Made by a program: the position numbers and the translations under genes. The notes below the pieces were generated by a model, which was not told the DNA's origin, did not search any database, and was given only the letters and a program-made list of their open reading frames with translations. 64,000 bases of DNA, from contig NW_024704743.1 in assembly GCF_018977255.1 (NCBI RefSeq), positions 87,050,001 through 87,114,000 on the forward strand, in the 5' to 3' direction. Origin of the DNA: Callorhinchus milii. Lineage: Eukaryota. Shown in pieces: positions 61,426-64,000 of this stretch. Every line of letters starts with the position of its first letter. Position 1 is the first letter of the stretch.

Positions 61426-62234
61426 GCCCAACAGCACCGCCTTGGAGAGAGTTTTACAGGCAGAAGAGATTTGCGGAGTGGCACAGCTGGTGTTCTGTGT
61501 GGACTAATTAAGAAATGGAAGGATCTGTTTTAAAGTAGGATTTGAAAAGGAAAATGTGCAGATTGACAATAGAGCTCTATGCATTTTACAAATTCAGTTG
61601 GAATACACTACAAAGTCATTTGTGTGGAAGCTGTCAATAAAGGCGATGGCTAATTTCGGCAGCACATCTGCCACTTTCTGCAAAACATTCACTGTATTGA
61701 AAAACAATCAAAATCAGTCACATAAAGGAGATGTTCACTGAGCCAAAGAATATTTGAAGAAAATCTTTGAAATTGAGCTATGGGATTTTTAAAAAAATAT
61801 TTGGAGTCCATTAAAACGAGCCAAGGAATCCCATTGTGAAACTCAAAGGAAAATGTTAACATTTGCAGTTCATACCAGACAAACAAAGCTTTGAGTTTAA
61901 TAAATGGAGTCAGTAAACACTCACGGACATTGCTTGTGTGCAAAATTTCGGATATCTACTGTTAATCTTTACCATTTTAATGGGACTTACACAGTACTAA
62001 TGTGGTCTGTTCAAATAAAGAATATTTGAGGGCAAGTTGTGGTCTGTGAGGAAATCAGATGGAAATTGCAATGAATCTAAAATCCAATGACTTCCAGAGC
62101 AGCACGAGTAGAATTTCTTGAAACCTTTTACCTTTATTTTCTCTCTTCTCTCAGGCTTATGTTAAGTCCCCACATCACAGGATCACAAATGAATCAGTGC
62201 AAACAAAATGGTATAGTGGACAGAGCTGCAGGTT

Positions 62235-62582
62235 TATGGACCAGCATTTTGCTATGCTTTGCCCAGCCCACGCTGAGTTTGCTGGTATCAGCAGAGGCTG
62301 CGTGAAGAAAGCTAGATGGGCTCTTGCCTTCTCAAGGTTAGAGAGGGCAAAACCAGCCAGGGTTCCTGCTTCCTCTATAGCATCTGCTATTGATACAGCA
62401 CGTGTGAGATTTCAGGCTCTGACGCTCCCTACTGAGAAATGGCCTGCTGACAAACACTGCAAAGGGTCTCACATGAATAAATAACACTTGGGTGAGGTAT
62501 TGGAGGTATTGGTGGAACCACATCCCACACAAGTAGATTGGTATCCAGGAGCAGAGGCACATGCCAGTGGGGAGAAAATTAG
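62235..62582 (+). mobile_element. AmnSINE2-like SINE
   Basis: gctgagtttgctggtatcagc..aaaaccagccagggttcctgct..ggcctgctgaca..cacatgaa..cacttgggtgaggta..ggggagaaaatt. Confidence 0.7.
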
Positions 62583-63165
62583 AAACATAATTAGATGCAT
62601 TTTTTTAAAAAAAGTAACAAAAAAACCTTCAGATGAAAGCCTTTCAACCCACTTGGGTCTTATACTCCCAGCTAATCAATCCTACCATCTTCCCATCACA
62701 GGATCAAACTATTTCTTCCATTTTATCATCAATATGGAGTATAGGAGAGATACAGCCGAGCAGAGGTAGCCATAACAAAAGATCTATATTCAACCACATC
62801 AGGGGGTATAAAAGCAAATCAGTTGCTTATGCTGTCATATGCACACGTGGTCTTGCTCTCTCTCTCTCTCTCAGTGCTTGAAACGTAACTGTGATCATAA
62901 TATATTAATAATCCTTGCATTTGATACAGCGCCTTATCACATTTTCGATACATCTCAAAGTACTTATGTGCACAAGAGCCAACATTTAAGGTGAGTGAAC
63001 ATGATCCACTCGATGTTTTATATATTTACAGAGAGCCCAATATCTTCACTAATTGGGACCAGCTTCATTGTGAATATGAAAATAGTGTGGTTGAGGGATG
63101 AGGTCATCACGTAGAAAACAATGTATAGAACTAACTAAAACTTTGTTTTATCAAGAGTTGTACTA

Positions 63166-63472
63166 TAATAATAATCCTTGCATTTGATATAGTGCTTTTC
63201 ACATCTTCTAGACGTCTCAAATCGCTTCACAGAATATACCATAAAGTGAATTGACTGTATATTTGTGGGCGAAACGTGGCAACCAGTTGCGCACAGCAGT
63301 GTCCCACAAACAGTCGTGGATTGAAGTGACCAATTTATTATTATTTTTTTTGAGGGATTATTATCAGGCGTGTGGAGTAAGGAAACTTGCCAAAGTTTTG
63401 CCCTGCTGGGAATCAAACCCAGGTCTTTCACTTGCAAGGCGTGTCCTCTAACCTCTGAGCTACTGGACTCCA
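63166..63472 (-). mobile_element. Young tRNA-derived SINE, short form
   Basis: Full-length match to the other copies. Confidence 0.93.
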
Positions 63473-63504
63473 CCATAACACTGGCACCATAAGTTTTTCC
63501 ACTC

Positions 63505-63650
63505 TTGTGTTTTTTTCTCTTCTCTTTGGCCTTCCACTCCGTGCTGGCCCTTTTCTCTTCTTCCTCCCCCCCCCCAACTAAGTCACTTTCTCTCTCTGAC
63601 TCTCACTCTGTCACATTCTGCCTTTTTCTCTCTTTCTTGTTTTCCCCACA
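63505..63650. repeat. Polypyrimidine (CT-rich) low-complexity tract
   Basis: Visible strong pyrimidine bias on the + strand. Confidence 0.7.
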
Positions 63651-63655
63651 AATCA

Positions 63656-63750
63656 TAGTCAATTCACTTTACATTATATCCTGTGAAGCACTTTGAGACA
63701 TCTCGAAGACGTGATAAGGCGCTATATCAAATACAAGGATTATTATTATT
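63656..63750 (+). mobile_element. SINE 3' tail fragment
   Basis: agtcaattcactttac..gaagacgtgataaggcgctatatcaaatacaaggattatt. Confidence 0.85.
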
Positions 63751-63903
63751 TCTGACTTTCACTCTGTCTGTCTGACTCGATCACACAAGCTCTCTAACCG
63801 TTCCTGTGTGTTTGTGTATTTGTCTCTTTATCACGATGTGGCCTTCTTTATCAGTGAAGGCATCAGTGAAGGCCAACCTTCACAACAGATAAGTTGGTAG
63901 AAA

Positions 63904-64000
63904 CAACAACAACAAAATTGCATTTATAGAGCACCTTTCACGTCGGGAGGACGTCCCAAAGCGCTGAACAGTCAGATGTCGGGGTCCGAGCATGGGGGAG
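63904..64000 (-). mobile_element. L2 type-A tail (continues beyond the window)
   Basis: (caa)n followed by gcacctttcacgtcgggaggacgtcccaaagcgctg. Confidence 0.9.

Overview
Eukaryotic, AT-rich, CpG-depleted vertebrate genomic DNA, either intergenic or part of a very long intron. I found no recognisable host protein-coding exon, rRNA, true tRNA gene or CRISPR array. Every ORF-track protein I could recognise comes from a decayed retroelement. The repeat complement suggests a cartilaginous fish, probably a holocephalan (chimaera or elephant shark); this is inferred from recalled families, not from a search. Contents: (1) about 16 copies of a young tRNA-headed SINE with an L2-type tail, in long and internally deleted forms; (2) 5'-truncated L2 LINEs, the longest at 58132-59357, with two tail types; (3) many CR1 fragments, including a shattered ORF1-to-3'UTR copy at 48.4-50.1 kb; (4) old Deu-domain SINEs; (5) an AmnSINE2-like family; (6) an unnamed ancient long SINE-like family; (7) an RTE-like relic, Penelope-like relics and palindromic MITE-like elements; (8) repeat-poor islands that may hold conserved enhancers or non-coding exons. 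I cannot support a novel protein-coding system. The most interesting signals concern retroelement evolution: SINE/L2 tail stem-loop covariation, a fold-back-perfected 20-bp palindrome, and a 5' flank shared by two SINE copies 37 kb apart. Boundaries of old repeats were placed by eye and are approximate.
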